Origin: a bacterium
GTDB taxonomy: Bacteria > UBA10199 > 2-02-FULL-50-16 > JAJFLM01
Direction of reading: 5' to 3'
Assembly: GCA_965216315.1 (NCBI GenBank)
Contig: CBDCFN010000016.1
Location: 640,001 to 704,000, forward strand
DNA: 64,000 nucleotides
Shown here: in pieces, positions 12,774-21,760 of the stretch
How positions within the stretch are numbered: position 1 is the stretch's first letter
Layout of the letters: each line of letters starts with the position of its first letter
Translations under genes and position numbers: made by a program
Notes under the pieces: model-generated
The model's database searches: none
What the model was told of the DNA's origin: nothing
What the model saw: the letters and a program-made list of their open reading frames with translations, nothing else

Positions 12774-13313
12774 ATGTTAACGAAATTTGCAAAATTTTTG
12801 GGACTAGAGTCGCAAGGTTCAGCTTCGGATGATTCAAAAAGCTCCGAAACCGAATCCGTCCGCCAGATTATTCAATCACTGGACCAACTTGATGCGGATC
12901 GGGCGCATTATATTGCCCTGTTTGCGTCAATCCTGAGTCGTGTAGCCTACGCCGATTTACATATGTCGGAGCAAGAAACAGCAACGATTGAAGAGATCGT
13001 TCAAAAGATAGGTCACCTCGATGAGGCGCAATCGGTCCTAGTGACCCAGATTGCAAAGAATCAAAATAGCCTGCTTGGCGGCGTGGAAAATTATCTTATC
13101 ACGCGCGAATTTGCCAAAATCACATCAACCTCTCAGCGCCATGAGCTGATGGAATCGCTTTTTGCCGTGGCCGCGGCAGAAGAGGGTATATCCTCCGAAG
13201 AAAATGAAGAGATTCGGAAGATAGCGGAAGAAATCGGGCTGACGCGCCAGGATTTTGTCGCCGTACGAGCTTCATTTAAAAAACATTTGAATGTCTTGAA
13301 GGGTATTTCTTGA
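12774..13313 (+). CDS. TerB-family protein
   Basis: RVAYAD..SEQE and FAVAAA...IS.EE..EIRKIA..IGL repeated helical pattern. Confidence 0.75.
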   Translation: MLTKFAKFLGLESQGSASDDSKSSETESVRQIIQSLDQLDADRAHYIALFASILSRVAYADLHMSEQETATIEEIVQKIGHLDEAQSVLVTQIAKNQNSLLGGVENYLITREFAKITSTSQRHELMESLFAVAAAEEGISSEENEEIRKIAEEIGLTRQDFVAVRASFKKHLNVLKGIS

Positions 13314-14266
13314 GTTCTTGTCAGCGTTCGTCCTTGATCGGTTCATTTATTCAGAAATTCTTTTTTACGATTGCACTGCTGTTGGCCTTGGTTTGTGGAC
13401 TTATCTGGCCGCAACCTGCGGTAGGCCTTGCGCAGCACCGAAGTCTCTTGCTGTTTGTTGTGATGTTTATGGTGGGGCTTGAGCAACATTTGCCCGCCTT
13501 GGCAGCACAATTTCGCAAGGTAGGTGCCATCAGCCTCAGTTTGATATTGAGTTTCATCGTCTTTCCCATTTTATCCTGGGCCGTAGCTCAGTTATTTTTT
13601 AATTTTGGCGTAGGGGCGCCGCTTGCTGCGCCTGTTATTGCCGGATTCGTTGTGCTTGGGGCCGTCCCAACGACTTTGACGTCAGCCGTGATTTATACGC
13701 GACTCGATAAGGGAAATGATCGTCTTGCTCTCATTATCGTTTTGCTCAGTCAGTTTCTTTGTGTGCTGGTGACACCGGCGCTGGTATCGCTTTTTCTCGC
13801 CAAGACAACGGAACTTAATTTGGCCCAGATGATCATTCAATTATGTCTTTATTTCCTGTTGCCGCTTGCGCTCGGCATGCTATGCGGACGCTTTTTGCCG
13901 CTTGAGAAATTGAAACCTTATTTAATGCGGCCGGAACAGCTTATTGTCGCACTCTTTGTCTTTATGGGGGCCGGCCATATTCCACGGGAGACGGCCTTGA
14001 GTGTTGTCGCCAAGTGTTTCTTAGCCGTGATTCTATTGCAGCTTGGCTATGTTGTGTTGATCCGGCTAGTGATTAAAAAATTTAATTCAAATGATCAGAC
14101 GGCACTTTTTTTTACCTCTTCTCAAAAGACGTTATCGGTGGGGTTGTATTTATTGCTGAGTTACTTTCCCTCGGCCGCGATTCTTCCCATGGTGCTGTAT
14201 CATCTTCTGCAATTAACGATCGGGAGATTATATTGGGTTCCTCCTGATAGGGTGGGAGGCAGATAA
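13310..14266 (+). CDS. bile acid:sodium symporter (BASS/SBF) family transporter
   Basis: Multiple TM helices, PTTLTSAV...GN, SQKTL..G motifs; start uncertain. Confidence 0.85.
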   Translation: MSSCQRSSLIGSFIQKFFFTIALLLALVCGLIWPQPAVGLAQHRSLLLFVVMFMVGLEQHLPALAAQFRKVGAISLSLILSFIVFPILSWAVAQLFFNFGVGAPLAAPVIAGFVVLGAVPTTLTSAVIYTRLDKGNDRLALIIVLLSQFLCVLVTPALVSLFLAKTTELNLAQMIIQLCLYFLLPLALGMLCGRFLPLEKLKPYLMRPEQLIVALFVFMGAGHIPRETALSVVAKCFLAVILLQLGYVVLIRLVIKKFNSNDQTALFFTSSQKTLSVGLYLLLSYFPSAAILPMVLYHLLQLTIGRLYWVPPDRVGGR

Positions 14267-14332
14267 GTGGGCTGTCCCCCCGTGGGCCGACCGAGGTGCC
14301 GGACCCACGGGAGAACGAGTGAGTGGGAAGAA

Positions 14333-16450
14333 TTAACGATCTTTTTTTCGGTAGCGCACGCTCTCTATCACAACGATAAAAGCCACGAAGAGCCATGCGA
14401 GCATGGGACCTGGCCGGAACGATCGCATAGCACTGAGGCTACAGCCACCACCGGCCACACCCGTCGAACCGGTCGCTACTAACAAGTAGGCGGGTGCGAC
14501 TTGATCCGTGATTGCTGTGCTGGCGTCAGCGCCGGTCATCTTGATAACTGGTCGTCCGGCTCCGTCACCGTCGCTGTCATTATCGCCGGTCCCGAGTGGT
14601 GCGTTTGGCTTCGGCAATTTAAGTGGGGGGAAGACCCTTATTTTAACGCCGAGTTTGTTGCGTTTGCCCGGCGTTTGGCTGGGCCCACCCGCCACCGTAA
14701 CCGGATCGTCAACGGTTGTCTCGGCAGCCAATTCTTCGACCGTAACGTGTTCCGGTTTGATGGCGGTAGTTGTGGCAAATCGTTCTCCATCAACAGAGGG
14801 TGCAAACTGAAAGGCACGAATCGGCGGGGAGGGCATGTCCAATCTTTTGCCTTCCGGGACAATCATGCCTTTCCAGACCTTAATATAATGTAAGAGGTTC
14901 GGCACGATTCCGCTCAGCGATGAGACCTCTCCACGTTCGCACCCCTCAACCTTTTGGGAGAGTTCGATCATTGCGGGATCGATTGCGAGTTCCAACGGGA
15001 CTTCGGGGCAGCGTTCCTCTCCTTTATCCCCCAGCCAAATCAATTCACAGGTCTCAACATCAATCGCGACGGCCGAACCTTCGCGACAGGCGAAGAGCCG
15101 CTCATCCTGTAGCTCTTCAACAACCGGTGTTTCCGGCTCCGGGGTTGTTGGTTCTGGGGTTGCCGGCGGTTGATCCGCAGGTGTTCCTCCATCCGTCAAC
15201 TCAGTCGGGATATCGGGCGGTGCATCACAAAGACATTCGGGAACGCTGACGCTGCAGCTTTCCGGTTCTTCAATTGGTTCGGGAGCTTCTGTTCTCTTCA
15301 CCGAAGGTATGGCGTCAGCCTTGACGACCCCCGCATATTCTCTTGCTGCGAAGTCAAGTCGTGTGCGGGAAAATGCGGTCGAGCGCAGTTGCTTACATTG
15401 TGATGGTGTTGTCGTAAACGTGACGTCAAAGCTGCGGCTCGAGGGACTGTACTCCAATGAATTAAAACGGATCTCGGTGCGCGGCGACAGTCCGGCAATC
15501 ATGCTCTTGATGAACTTGCGCGCGTCCGCTTCTTGTGCCGGGTGAAGACAGGGGAAACTCATGACATTGCGGAGAAAGTCGCGATGACAAATGCCCGGCT
15601 CTTCGACAGCCTGCGGTGCCTCACAGCCACAGAGCGGAGTATCTGCCGTTAGTTGTGGAGTGCGTTTACCCGGCTCTTCGATGCCTTCACGCTCTTTTTC
15701 CAGCACCCGTTTCTTGTTTAATAATTCCTGACTGGCTTCCTCGGTAAATGAGATCTGCGCGATCTTCTCCGCGGAAACTTTAATTCTAGCCCGGGTTTCC
15801 ACTTGTTCCGGAACCAATTGCTCGTAACAACCACTCATATACTCCACTTGTTGGGGTGCGAGACAGCCCATGCAGGCCAATGCGGAGGGATTCGTGGTGC
15901 AGCGACACTCTTGCGCGAGTTGCGAGTGCTGGTCAGGTCCCGCCAATAAATCTTTCATGTCGACGGCTCCGACCATACAGCAGCCCATCAGCTCTCTTCC
16001 ATAAGGACTATTGCGGAGAGTTTCGATGGTTATCTCGTTGCCATAAATGGCCGTCGCACATTTACGGCAACGTCCGTAGGCCTCCTGATCGTTTTCGTGT
16101 TGGGAGCAGGGATCATACTCTCTTTCCTCGGTACGCGGCGGTGCCGGGGCGGCTGCGGGCGGTGGCGCCTCGGCCGTCGGCGGAGACGCGATCTCCTGTG
16201 CCGGTTGGGGCGCCGGTGCCGTGGCGACGGTCGGCGGCTGTTCGGCCGTGCGCGGTGGTTGAAGCTCCCTAATCGCTTCCTCAACCAGCGGCACTGGCGC
16301 GGGCCGTCGGACGACTTCTTGCCCTGATGCCTCAACCAGGTTGGTGCGTTCCGCTTCTTTCCGTTCCTGTGAGAAACCCGAGGCCGGAAACAGGGCATTT
16401 CCCATGCTGAGGAGCAGAAACCCAACGATAATGAAGTGTTGTTTAGTCAT
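14333..16450 (-). CDS. Cys-rich exported protein with C-terminal GGGC-TM-basic sorting tail
   Basis: Signal peptide MTKQHFIIVGFLLL...; tail AGGGCSL...MLAWLFVAFIVVIESVRYRKKDR; start placed downstream of the sigma-54 promoter. Confidence 0.85.
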   Translation of the reverse strand: MTKQHFIIVGFLLLSMGNALFPASGFSQERKEAERTNLVEASGQEVVRRPAPVPLVEEAIRELQPPRTAEQPPTVATAPAPQPAQEIASPPTAEAPPPAAAPAPPRTEEREYDPCSQHENDQEAYGRCRKCATAIYGNEITIETLRNSPYGRELMGCCMVGAVDMKDLLAGPDQHSQLAQECRCTTNPSALACMGCLAPQQVEYMSGCYEQLVPEQVETRARIKVSAEKIAQISFTEEASQELLNKKRVLEKEREGIEEPGKRTPQLTADTPLCGCEAPQAVEEPGICHRDFLRNVMSFPCLHPAQEADARKFIKSMIAGLSPRTEIRFNSLEYSPSSRSFDVTFTTTPSQCKQLRSTAFSRTRLDFAAREYAGVVKADAIPSVKRTEAPEPIEEPESCSVSVPECLCDAPPDIPTELTDGGTPADQPPATPEPTTPEPETPVVEELQDERLFACREGSAVAIDVETCELIWLGDKGEERCPEVPLELAIDPAMIELSQKVEGCERGEVSSLSGIVPNLLHYIKVWKGMIVPEGKRLDMPSPPIRAFQFAPSVDGERFATTTAIKPEHVTVEELAAETTVDDPVTVAGGPSQTPGKRNKLGVKIRVFPPLKLPKPNAPLGTGDNDSDGDGAGRPVIKMTGADASTAITDQVAPAYLLVATGSTGVAGGGCSLSAMRSFRPGPMLAWLFVAFIVVIESVRYRKKDR

Positions 16451-16462
16451 GCTGCAATGCAT

Positions 16463-16478
16463 TGCAATTGCAGTGCCA
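16463..16478 (-). promoter_or_regulatory. sigma-54 -24/-12 promoter
   Basis: Minus strand TGGCAC-TGCAA-TTGCA. Confidence 0.85.
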
Positions 16479-16572
16479 AAGCTGACGCGACAGGCCAAAA
16501 AATAAACTATTATAAATCAGTATGTTATGGGGGTTCGCAAAAATTCGCAACGCACTGTGCTGGCGCAGCGCA

Positions 16573-16605
16573 TTATCAAATTGAGAAAGTTTATCAAAAT
16601 GATAA
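16573..16605. promoter_or_regulatory. tandem TTATCA-N3-TGA(T/G)AA palindromes (putative enhancer/UAS)
   Basis: TTATCAAATTGAGAA and TTATCAAAATGATAA, about 120-150 bp upstream of the predicted TSS. Confidence 0.65.
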
Positions 16606-16640
16606 TTATGCCTGATAAGTAGGCTATTAAAGGGCTCTGC

Positions 16641-16670
16641 AAAAAAAGGCCCCTTGGGGGGCCTTTTTTG
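16641..16670. terminator. intrinsic (bidirectional-type) terminator
   Basis: AAAAAAAGGCCCC-TTGG-GGGGCCTTTTTT, just downstream of 16693-17142(-). Confidence 0.85.
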
Positions 16671-16692
16671 AGAGATTCTGCGTAGAGAGAGT

Positions 16693-17142
16693 CTAGAAGT
16701 CGGCTTTTCGTGCCTTCTTGAGCGCTCTGCAATTATCGAATTGAATCGCGACTTCATCGATATCTAGCGTGCAAGGATCAGCTAATGAAACGTTACCAGA
16801 CAAGATCTTACCAATGGTAACCCCCATGACAAAAACTTCATCTAATGAGGCGTCACGCTGAGCCATCAGTCGACTGACGTTGCCGATGATCTGGTCTTCA
16901 GTTAGGTAGAGCCGACGCTCACTCTTGGGCGAGACAATGTTAACAGCATATTTCTTAGCTGCCGGTTTGTTGTAGGCCGGTAGGGCGATGGCCGCCAGCT
17001 CTTCGTCTTGCTGTTTCTGTTTGTCGACGGAGACAACATAGAAAGTTCCAAAGCCGACTTCAGCTTCTTCTGCGTGACTGTTAGTAAGAGGTGACAAGCT
17101 AACGACAACGCTCAATAGAGCTAAAACAAATAGTGCTTTCAT
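16693..17142 (-). CDS. hypothetical exported protein
   Basis: GGGAG RBS; signal peptide MKALFVLALLSVVV...SHA|EE. Confidence 0.8.
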   Translation of the reverse strand: MKALFVLALLSVVVSLSPLTNSHAEEAEVGFGTFYVVSVDKQKQQDEELAAIALPAYNKPAAKKYAVNIVSPKSERRLYLTEDQIIGNVSRLMAQRDASLDEVFVMGVTIGKILSGNVSLADPCTLDIDEVAIQFDNCRALKKARKADF

Positions 17143-17194
17143 AATAGACGCTCCCGATTCAGATAGTTTGGTTTATAAATCAGACACGATTTAT

Positions 17195-17223
17195 GTATCG
17201 AACCGAATCACTGCTCGGGTTGC
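17195..17223 (-). promoter_or_regulatory. putative alternative-sigma promoter GCAAC-N18-CGATAC
   Basis: Same bipartite motif recurs at 21637, 58599 and 59434, each upstream of a minus-strand gene. Confidence 0.5.
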
Positions 17224-17479
17224 GGGTCTGAAATGAGCTAACTTGATGATATTAATCCGGTTTTTCCCGATTTTCCCTCATTGTGTATAAAAAGTGTCCG
17301 AGCTGGGGAGTCAAGCCCCGGGGTATTGAGGGGTCTAAAACGGCGCCGAAAACGGGCGGCTCCGATTAGCCAATAATAATACGGCTATAATGAGACCATT
17401 CGGATCTTAAGTTGGCATCGGTTTTGCTCAAACAGAGGGGTTGGCCTGAATGGGCGACGCGAAAAAAAATTAAAAAAAA

Positions 17480-19507
17480 TTATTTTTTCGGTGAAACGCT
17501 GAGTTTTTTGGCGCTTCGCACGGTGATGAGGAGCAAGAACGCGATGCCGAGTAAGGTCATGCCGTGATGTGACGTGCCGGTAGCGCCGAGGCTGCACGCC
17601 CCGCCCGCGAGACGATTGCCGATGGCGCCGCCGGTGCCGTTTCCGTCCTCGTTGTCTCCGGCGCTGGTGCCGTCATTCCCGGTTCCGCCGTTACCCGTCT
17701 CGCCGCCACCCGTATCACTGCCACCGGTTGGATCGCCGCCACTGCTGATACCGTCGCCGGTGAGTGAGACGGTCACACTGCTATCATTCGTGGCATTGGA
17801 ATTGATCGTCAGTGAGCCGGCGTGCGTTCCTTCGCTCGTTGGTCCGAATAAGACCTCAACCGTACAGCTGTCGCCGGCCGTGATCGTCGCCGTATCACTG
17901 CCGCAGGGATTGCTGCCACCGCTGGTGTCGACGGTGTAGTTGCTCTGATCCGAGAGGCTCAAGCCGCTGAGGATGAGATCCAACGTGCCGATATTGGCGA
18001 TGCCGACTTCTCGCGCCTCGGCAGTGGCGTCTATGTCTAACTCACCAAAATCAATGGCCGTGGGGGCAACACTGATCAAGACCTCGGTAAACTCGTCAGC
18101 GCCCATGTCGGGGGCCGCGCCGACAATGCGGTTGTCGCCGTCGAAATCAGTCGTGGGCAGATTCGTTGCCGTTCCTAGGGCTTGGTTGATACAAGGTGAA
18201 TTAACCGTCAGGTGAAAGTCCTCGGCCGCGACATTGTTGAATAACGGGTCTTCGTCGATGTTGTTGGCCGTCGTGATATCATCGACACAGGAGGGCGTTT
18301 GTTGGAGGCAGCTGCTGTCAAAGGCCGTGATGTCGTTATTTTGAATCAAGATGGTGGCACCGAGGCCGTCGACATCGAGATCATCATCCATAAAGAGATC
18401 GTCTTCCACGGGGAGCTTGGCGGCTTGGAAGTTACCCCACAGGATATTATTGGATATTTCAGCTGATCCGCTTTCTTCTTCCATGAAAAGATACAGTCCC
18501 GCGCCGCTGTTAAACGACTCATTGTCAAAGAAAGTATTGTTGATGACGTAGACATTGGCACCGAGATCGGGATCACCGGTCGAAAGACCCCCGCCATGGT
18601 TGTCCGAGGTATTCTGGTAGAAAACGTTATTGCTGATGATCGTGGTCCCGCCGGTGCCGACGAGGGCGCCGCCCCCGCTGGCCGGATCGTTGCCGGCATT
18701 CGTGTGGTTCCGGGTAAAGGTATTGTCATTGACGGTGGCGTTACCGGAGGAAAGTCCGACAATGTTAAGACCGCCGCCCGCCGCGCCGGATGAATTACCG
18801 GTAAAGGTATTTCCGGTAATGAGAGCATCGGAGGCGGAGCCATTGCCGAGGATATATAATCCCCCGCCATATTGATTGGCAGCAAAATCGGCGGTGTTAT
18901 TGGTAAATGCGGAATTTTGGACGCTGACATCGCCGTCAATCGTAATGATACTGACGCCGCCGCCGTTGGCACTGCCGCCGCGCGGATGGCTGGCGTGATT
19001 GTCATCGAACTCGCAGTTGCTAATATTCACGTCGGCGTCGTTCGTGCGAATCAAGGCGCCGCCACCGGCCCCAAAACTCTCGCTGTTACGCGTAAAGCTG
19101 AGATCATTAATAAAGATATCGGCGTCAATATCCGGAGGGGGTGCCGTGACACCGCCCGCCGTCGTGTCGATCAATAAGCCTCGTAAGGTATAATTGGCAT
19201 CGATGGTCGTGACGCCGATACCGGAACCGTTAATGGTCAAGGAGAAATTCTCTCCGTTGGAAGATACGATGTAGCTAAATGTGCCGCCGGAGGCATCAAA
19301 CACACCAGCCTCGAGATTGAGGACGTCCGCAGCCCCATTACCCTGAGCCTCGGTTAGGGCGCTTTGGAAGTCACAGATGTTATCGGAACAATCGATGTCG
19401 GGTGCCGTCGTGACCGTATAGGTCTTGGCATACACGGAGGATATACCGGCGCTGACGATGAAAAGACTGAGGCTAGCGATTAGAAAAGCAAAAACGGCTT
19501 TTCCCAT
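17480..19507 (-). CDS. surface protein: parallel beta-helix (GG[A/G]/FxxN repeats), choice-of-anchor Q- and D(ASH)-like domains, GGAC-TM-basic tail
   Basis: Signal peptide ...VYA; repeated GGGxxI / FTxN; DFHL..NSPCIN...DFDG..R....PDMGADE; Ig-like GDSCTVEVLF.P...G...GSLTI.SN; tail LAGGACSL...LLGIAFLLLITVRSAKK; GGAGGG RBS. Confidence 0.88.
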   Translation of the reverse strand: MGKAVFAFLIASLSLFIVSAGISSVYAKTYTVTTAPDIDCSDNICDFQSALTEAQGNGAADVLNLEAGVFDASGGTFSYIVSSNGENFSLTINGSGIGVTTIDANYTLRGLLIDTTAGGVTAPPPDIDADIFINDLSFTRNSESFGAGGGALIRTNDADVNISNCEFDDNHASHPRGGSANGGGVSIITIDGDVSVQNSAFTNNTADFAANQYGGGLYILGNGSASDALITGNTFTGNSSGAAGGGLNIVGLSSGNATVNDNTFTRNHTNAGNDPASGGGALVGTGGTTIISNNVFYQNTSDNHGGGLSTGDPDLGANVYVINNTFFDNESFNSGAGLYLFMEEESGSAEISNNILWGNFQAAKLPVEDDLFMDDDLDVDGLGATILIQNNDITAFDSSCLQQTPSCVDDITTANNIDEDPLFNNVAAEDFHLTVNSPCINQALGTATNLPTTDFDGDNRIVGAAPDMGADEFTEVLISVAPTAIDFGELDIDATAEAREVGIANIGTLDLILSGLSLSDQSNYTVDTSGGSNPCGSDTATITAGDSCTVEVLFGPTSEGTHAGSLTINSNATNDSSVTVSLTGDGISSGGDPTGGSDTGGGETGNGGTGNDGTSAGDNEDGNGTGGAIGNRLAGGACSLGATGTSHHGMTLLGIAFLLLITVRSAKKLSVSPKK

Positions 19508-19562
19508 GAGACCCTCCACGAGATAGGTTCTGTGAGTCAGCACCCCTGCAGTACATTAAAGA

Positions 19563-19578
19563 AGCAATGTCTGTGCCA
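19563..19578 (-). promoter_or_regulatory. sigma-54 -24/-12 promoter
   Basis: Minus strand TGGCAC-AGACA-TTGCT. Confidence 0.85.
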
Positions 19579-19720
19579 AATAGAACGGGAGGGCGGTAAA
19601 TAATAATTTCTAGTTATTTCAACATCTTACTTGGGATTCCTTCGTCAGGGCTTGAGGAGTGGGGCCCTTTTGATTCTCAAAATGAGGATGAAGCGTCGAA
19701 ATACTGACGCCCTGGGTTCT

Positions 19721-21571
19721 TTATTCACGCGTCTTGCTGAACCGCTGGACCGTCGACAAAGCTAAAAAGGTCATCAGCAAGAGCCAGAGCAGGGCGCTGT
19801 GACTCCCCGTAACCGGTCCCGTTCCCGTCAAAGACGCGCCGCAGGCACCGCCCTTAAGCTTGACGCTCATGACCGGGAGCACGATGTAATCGACCTTGCC
19901 CTCGCTGAGATTTGAATTCAGTGCCGTAGAGAAGTTCTGTTCGTAAATGTTGTCCGGGTTCTTTTGAATATAGACGGATTTACTGTTGTTCGCATTCGTG
20001 GCGATCACAACCTCTTCACGACTCAATGATCCCAGGGTGGCCGTTGCCGTGCCATCGATAACGGAATTTTGCTGCATGCGTAGCGATTTGACGATGAGAT
20101 TGGCTGTCTTATGTTCCACCCAGCGCTCGGCGAGAAAGCGGGCGGGGACCGTCATGCGTTGACGGGCCTCGGCGACGGTGATGCGATCCGCGTGGAGGTC
20201 CTCCCAGATCGTGATGAGCTCCTGGTACTGAGCCCAGTTTTCTTCGTTGCCTAATTCAGACGGAAAGACCGGCATGCTCATCAGGTCAGCGACGAGCTCG
20301 CGATTCGTTTCGACCATGCCTTCGGTGCCGTCGCAGACAACTTTGTTGCCGTCCGCCATGCCGAAGCAGATCTGAGCGGTTTGCGGATTGACGGGGGGCT
20401 CATCGATAATGATGGGGTCGTCCGGTTCCGGTTCCGGTGTGGTTTCCGGTTCCGTCGGTTCGGAACACTCACAGGCAGGAAACTGAATCAGGCATTCCTT
20501 CGGTTCACGGTTCTCGGTCAGCAGCACCTCTTTTCTTGCATCCACCAATGCGGTTTCTTGGACCGCATTAGGGTCATAGGACCCATCGATCATCGATTGA
20601 AGCCGCTGACAGGCGCTCTCCGGAGCTTGAATATTTAACGTGTAACCACCGAGCTCGTTTGCGCTGATGTTGATCCCGAGCTTTTTCCAGTGGTCGACCT
20701 GTTCGGGATAGAGGCACTGGACGTAACCCCAGAGATTAATGTCTCGTTCGACTTGTTTGACTCGATAGTACTTGCTGGCGATTTCGCGATCCAATGCGAT
20801 ATTTTTCGTCAGTCGATTTTCTTCGGTTTCCTTGACCTCATGTTGACCACAATAAGCGGTTCCGACATTCTGCGGATTGTCGCAGCCGCACAGTGCAATT
20901 TCTTTAGAGCGCGTACAGCACTGGTGGGTCTCCGGAAGGTATTCGGCTCGAGAATCATGACAGAATTGCTCGCCGTCATTGATCTCATCTTTGAGGTAAC
21001 TCTCGATGATATCAGGGTCGGCGGTTTTCGCCGGCGAATCATAACAATTCAAGACAGAGGCCGTGTTGCTTTCGTCGTCATAGACAAAAGAAAAGTCGTC
21101 GTGACATTCATCAATCTTGTCGAGTTGATGGGCCTTGCCGAAACAGGAAAAACAGGCGGTATTGAGCGGATTCCGCTGACAGGAACAACTGAGTCGCGCC
21201 GTCGTGACATCCTCGGCGCTTTGGGGTTCGGCGGTGATGGTACCCTTAACGCAGCAATCAACAAGATCTGCAATGGGCGTATAGCGGGAGATGTTGACAT
21301 CGAGACGATTCACCAGGCTGCGCGAGGCATCGTTTGTAAACATTGTATAGTTTTCACAGCATTTTAAGGCTTGCTCTTGTTCTGCTGGGGATTCGTAACG
21401 AGCGGCGATGAGCGAACAGGTATCAAGGGCTTCAGCGGGCTCAGCGGCGGCGGGAGCGGGAGCTGGCGCCGGTACTTTGCCGACGGTCTCTTCTTGAGCT
21501 TGAATGGACTGAATATTTAAAAAGGTGAGTCCGGTAATAAAAAGGAGTGATAAGAGCCTACGTACCGCCAT
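19721..21571 (-). CDS. Cys-rich exported protein with GGAC-TM-basic tail (paralogue of 14333 and 21761 genes)
   Basis: Signal peptide ...IQA|QE; tail KGGACGASL...ALLWLLLMTFLALSTVQRFSKTRE. Confidence 0.85.
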   Translation of the reverse strand: MAVRRLLSLLFITGLTFLNIQSIQAQEETVGKVPAPAPAPAAAEPAEALDTCSLIAARYESPAEQEQALKCCENYTMFTNDASRSLVNRLDVNISRYTPIADLVDCCVKGTITAEPQSAEDVTTARLSCSCQRNPLNTACFSCFGKAHQLDKIDECHDDFSFVYDDESNTASVLNCYDSPAKTADPDIIESYLKDEINDGEQFCHDSRAEYLPETHQCCTRSKEIALCGCDNPQNVGTAYCGQHEVKETEENRLTKNIALDREIASKYYRVKQVERDINLWGYVQCLYPEQVDHWKKLGINISANELGGYTLNIQAPESACQRLQSMIDGSYDPNAVQETALVDARKEVLLTENREPKECLIQFPACECSEPTEPETTPEPEPDDPIIIDEPPVNPQTAQICFGMADGNKVVCDGTEGMVETNRELVADLMSMPVFPSELGNEENWAQYQELITIWEDLHADRITVAEARQRMTVPARFLAERWVEHKTANLIVKSLRMQQNSVIDGTATATLGSLSREEVVIATNANNSKSVYIQKNPDNIYEQNFSTALNSNLSEGKVDYIVLPVMSVKLKGGACGASLTGTGPVTGSHSALLWLLLMTFLALSTVQRFSKTRE

Positions 21572-21636
21572 GCGTTGTCCTTTCCGACCCTCTACCCGAA
21601 TGACCCTTCAATTTTTATCATCCCAACGTAAGACCA

Positions 21637-21665
21637 TTATCGGGAAGGGGGCCCTAACGAGTTGC
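21637..21665 (-). promoter_or_regulatory. putative alternative-sigma promoter GCAAC-N18-CGATAA
   Basis: Recurring bipartite motif, about 65 bp upstream of the start at 21571. Confidence 0.5.
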
Positions 21666-21718
21666 GGCGGATGAGGCGCTAATTATTGCGAATAGTTGTA
21701 AGGGCCCGCGGAAACGGA

Positions 21719-21751
21719 ATAGGCCGCTGCCCTTAAGGGGCAGCGGCCTAT
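21719..21751 (-). terminator. 14-bp stem hairpin, probable terminator
   Basis: ATAGGCCGCTGCCC-TTAAG-GGGCAGCGGCCTAT, about 10 bp after the stop of 21761-23962(-); weak U tract. Confidence 0.6.
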
Positions 21752-21760
21752 AGAAAGAGT

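Noticed and set aside
14279..14312. CCCGTGGG...CCCACGGG hairpin between convergent genes
   Set aside because: Long loop and no U tract; cannot be called a terminator with confidence.
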